Positions 44,758 through 46,905 of a stretch of DNA of 46,905 nucleotides are shown in pieces. Source of the stretch: Candidatus Acutalibacter ornithocaccae (GTDB taxonomy: Bacteria > Bacillota > Clostridia > Oscillospirales > Acutalibacteraceae). Made by a program: the position numbers and the translations under genes. Within the stretch, counting starts at the first letter, position 1. Every line of letters starts with the position of its first letter. The notes below the pieces were generated by a model, which was not told where the DNA came from, did not search any database, and saw only the letters and a program-made list of their open reading frames with translations. The stretch lies in contig DWXZ01000130.1 of the NCBI GenBank assembly GCA_019118965.1, positions 1-46,905 of the forward strand. The letters are read 5' to 3'.

Positions 44758-46077
44758 TTATTCGGTGATGGGGTCCAAACTGTTGATATCCGGGCCGGGG
44801 CCGCCTTTGGCCCAGTAGATGATATAGTAGATGGTGCTGTTGTACACCGCGGTGGCGCTGGAATAGCCGCGGCCGCAAAGGCCCTCGTTGGTCCAGATTT
44901 TATAATCGGGGGTGGGGTGCTTCCAGCGCAGGGGGACGGAAGTGCCAGGCTTGTGGTACCATTGGTCCAAGGAGGCCGCTTTCATAAAGTGACAGCCCTG
45001 GGGACCGGTGCGGACACACAGCAACTGTTCTTCCAGCTCCAGCGTTGGGAGTGGGGACGTGTCAAAGCGGGAGGCAAAACCCAGGGCATCCAAGTCCTGC
45101 ACCACGGCGTTTACCACGGAGTAGAGGCTGCAAGTGTCGCAGTCTGTGGCGGAAAAGCTGCCAGGCTCTGCCCAGGCGGCCTCGCCCAGGACGTAGGCGT
45201 ACCCGTTGTAGGCGGCGCAGTCCTCTGTCCAGGGGCCGGTGGCAAAGCTGTCCTCCAGGCCGGGCGGGCCGCCAGACAAGTAGGTCACGCCCCTGGGGGC
45301 CAGGCGGTGTTGCAGGATGTCCTCCCCTTCCGTGAAAAGCGACACCCGCCGGTCGTACTTTGGGACAAATTCCCGGTAGAGCTGGGCCACTTCCGGGTCG
45401 TACTTCATGGCCAGCAGTTGGACACGCATGGCAAAGTCGTCCAAATCAAAATTGTTATAGTTGGTATTGCGAGTCTCAAACTCGCCGTTTAGACAGTACT
45501 CCAAGGATTCCTTGGCGTAATGCCCTGCATACTCCTCCGAAACGGTAAGCACAAATCTTTTTGGAATTTCAAGGCCGTAGTCCTCCAGGACTTGGACACA
45601 CTCCTGGTCGGACATGGCGCACAGCTCCCGGGAGGAAAAAGGCTCTACGGTTTCCCGGTCGCTCTCCTTCCACAGGTATTGGCTTGCCATCTCCGGGTCG
45701 GTGTGGAGAAAAAAGAGCTGCAGATGCAACGCACACAGGGTGGTATTGATATAAATGAGGGTGTCCTCGATGTTTTGATTAAAGGAAAAATGGCTGATGT
45801 ACCCCTTGGACAGGTCGTTGAGCATGGCTTGAAAGTAGGCCTCGCGGAACTCTTGGTCGGAGAAAAAGTACTCGTTATAATGGAAACCAGCGCGGACAAG
45901 GGCGTCTATGGCCTGGTCAATGGGCAGCAGCAGCACGTGCTTAAGGCTGGCCTCCCGCCGCTGCACCAGCTGGGTGTAGGCCGCCTCCTGGGCGTCGGAG
46001 GGGAAGGTGAGGATGCCCACGGTGAGGAAAAGCACCATAAAAACAGCGAAGATTCTGCGCGCACACTTCTTTCCCAT
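44758..46077 (-). CDS. Secreted hypothetical protein; C-terminal domain with YNGYAY / HFMK / WYHKPG motifs
   Basis: RBS AGGAGG; signal peptide MGKKCARRIFAVFMVLFLTVGILTFPSDA; lower GC than neighbours. Confidence 0.7.
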   Translation of the reverse strand: MGKKCARRIFAVFMVLFLTVGILTFPSDAQEAAYTQLVQRREASLKHVLLLPIDQAIDALVRAGFHYNEYFFSDQEFREAYFQAMLNDLSKGYISHFSFNQNIEDTLIYINTTLCALHLQLFFLHTDPEMASQYLWKESDRETVEPFSSRELCAMSDQECVQVLEDYGLEIPKRFVLTVSEEYAGHYAKESLEYCLNGEFETRNTNYNNFDLDDFAMRVQLLAMKYDPEVAQLYREFVPKYDRRVSLFTEGEDILQHRLAPRGVTYLSGGPPGLEDSFATGPWTEDCAAYNGYAYVLGEAAWAEPGSFSATDCDTCSLYSVVNAVVQDLDALGFASRFDTSPLPTLELEEQLLCVRTGPQGCHFMKAASLDQWYHKPGTSVPLRWKHPTPDYKIWTNEGLCGRGYSSATAVYNSTIYYIIYWAKGGPGPDINSLDPITE

Positions 46078-46167
46078 AAGCCGCCTCCTCTCAGCCGCAC
46101 TTTGCTTATCTATACTTTTATTATATAGTATTTTCAGGAGTAGTAAATTTTTTTATGAAAATCAGCA

Positions 46168-46204
46168 TAAAAACACCGCCCTGGCCGGGTGGGCGCAGGG
46201 CGGT
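46168..46204 (-). terminator. Terminator after the DapA-family gene
   Basis: ACCGCCCTG...CAGGGCGGT stem with a T-run on the minus strand. Confidence 0.6.
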
Positions 46205-46225
46205 AGGCGTTGTGGGGTATGGGCA

Positions 46226-46905
46226 TCAATCCAGAAGGCCGGCCTGCTGGAGAAGGGCGCGGACCTGCTGGGTTTCCTTGGGGGTGGAGGGCAGCACCGG
46301 AGGCGCGCAGAAGGGCTCCAGCCCCAGGCCCCGCAGGGCCATGGCCTGCTTGATGGTGGGCACAAACTGGGGGGCCACGTCGTAAATGGCCATGAGGCTG
46401 TCCACCTTGCGCTGGTACTGGGCCATGCCGGGGAGGTCGTCCTGGCGGGCGCGCTGCGCGTAACCGGCGGCCACCTCGGGGGCGAAGTTGGAAAGCCCGG
46501 CAATGCAGCCGTCGCCGCCGCTGAGGACGTTGTGGCCAAAGAACTCGTCAAATCCGGAAAAGACCAGGAATTCCGGGCGGGCGGCCTTCACCTTCTGGAT
46601 GAGGGCACGGGTGTGGCCCATGTTGGGCACGGTGTCCTTAATGCCCACGATGTTGGGATGGCGTGTGGCCAGCTCCAGCACCAAGTCCGGGCGGAGGTCG
46701 TAGCCGGTGCGCTCGGGGAAGTTGTACAGCAGCACCGGCCCCTGGACCCGCTGGGCCAAGGTGTCGTAGAAGTTCAAAATGGCGCTGTCCGGCAGGCTGA
46801 AGTAGTAGGGGGAAATCACCATGGCCCCGTCGGCGCCCTGCTCCAAGGCGTAGTTGGACAGCTCCACGCAGGCCTCCAGGTTCATCTCGCAGGTGCCCAC
46901 GTACA
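46226..46905 (-). CDS. DapA/NanA-family class I aldolase (possibly a KDG/KDX aldolase), 3' part; runs off the window edge
   Basis: GADGAMVISPYYF, LLYNFPERTG, IVGIKDT (Schiff-base Lys), GGDGCIAGLSNFAPE. Confidence 0.88.
   Translation of the reverse strand, partial: YVGTCEMNLEACVELSNYALEQGADGAMVISPYYFSLPDSAILNFYDTLAQRVQGPVLLYNFPERTGYDLRPDLVLELATRHPNIVGIKDTVPNMGHTRALIQKVKAARPEFLVFSGFDEFFGHNVLSGGDGCIAGLSNFAPEVAAGYAQRARQDDLPGMAQYQRKVDSLMAIYDVAPQFVPTIKQAMALRGLGLEPFCAPPVLPSTPKETQQVRALLQQAGLLD

Noticed and set aside
1-46905. CRISPR arrays, tRNA/rRNA genes, transposases, integrases, phage or defence genes
   Set aside because: None recognised in the intergenic regions or ORF translations

Overview
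A GC-rich (about 65%) chromosomal window from a Clostridia-type Firmicute, inferred from sigma-A-like promoters, AGGAGG ribosome binding sites and SLH domains. It is dominated by carbohydrate use: GH35, two GH2, GH39, GH8 and a GH106-like glycosidase, a DUF5107-TPR protein, a CUT1 ABC transporter, an MFS permease and four AraC regulators, each with visible 20-21 bp (or 42 bp) periodic operator repeats. It also holds an ECF sigma/anti-sigma pair, a MATE gene behind a promoter-leader-terminator attenuator, and a decaying 9.4 kb block. That block contains a giant SLH surface-protein gene broken at two junctions with a low-GC internal cassette, plus its divergent truncated histidine kinase. The most unusual locus is a tightly coupled four-gene operon at 37030-40464, directly downstream of an AraC gene. 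It encodes a Cys-rich L-fucose/arabinose-isomerase-like protein, an ACP-fold-like protein lacking the phosphopantetheine Ser, a SufS-type cysteine desulfurase and SufE. This is a candidate sulfur-relay system tied to sugar metabolism. No CRISPR, rRNA, tRNA or transposase was seen. All family assignments come from motif recognition by eye, not database searches.
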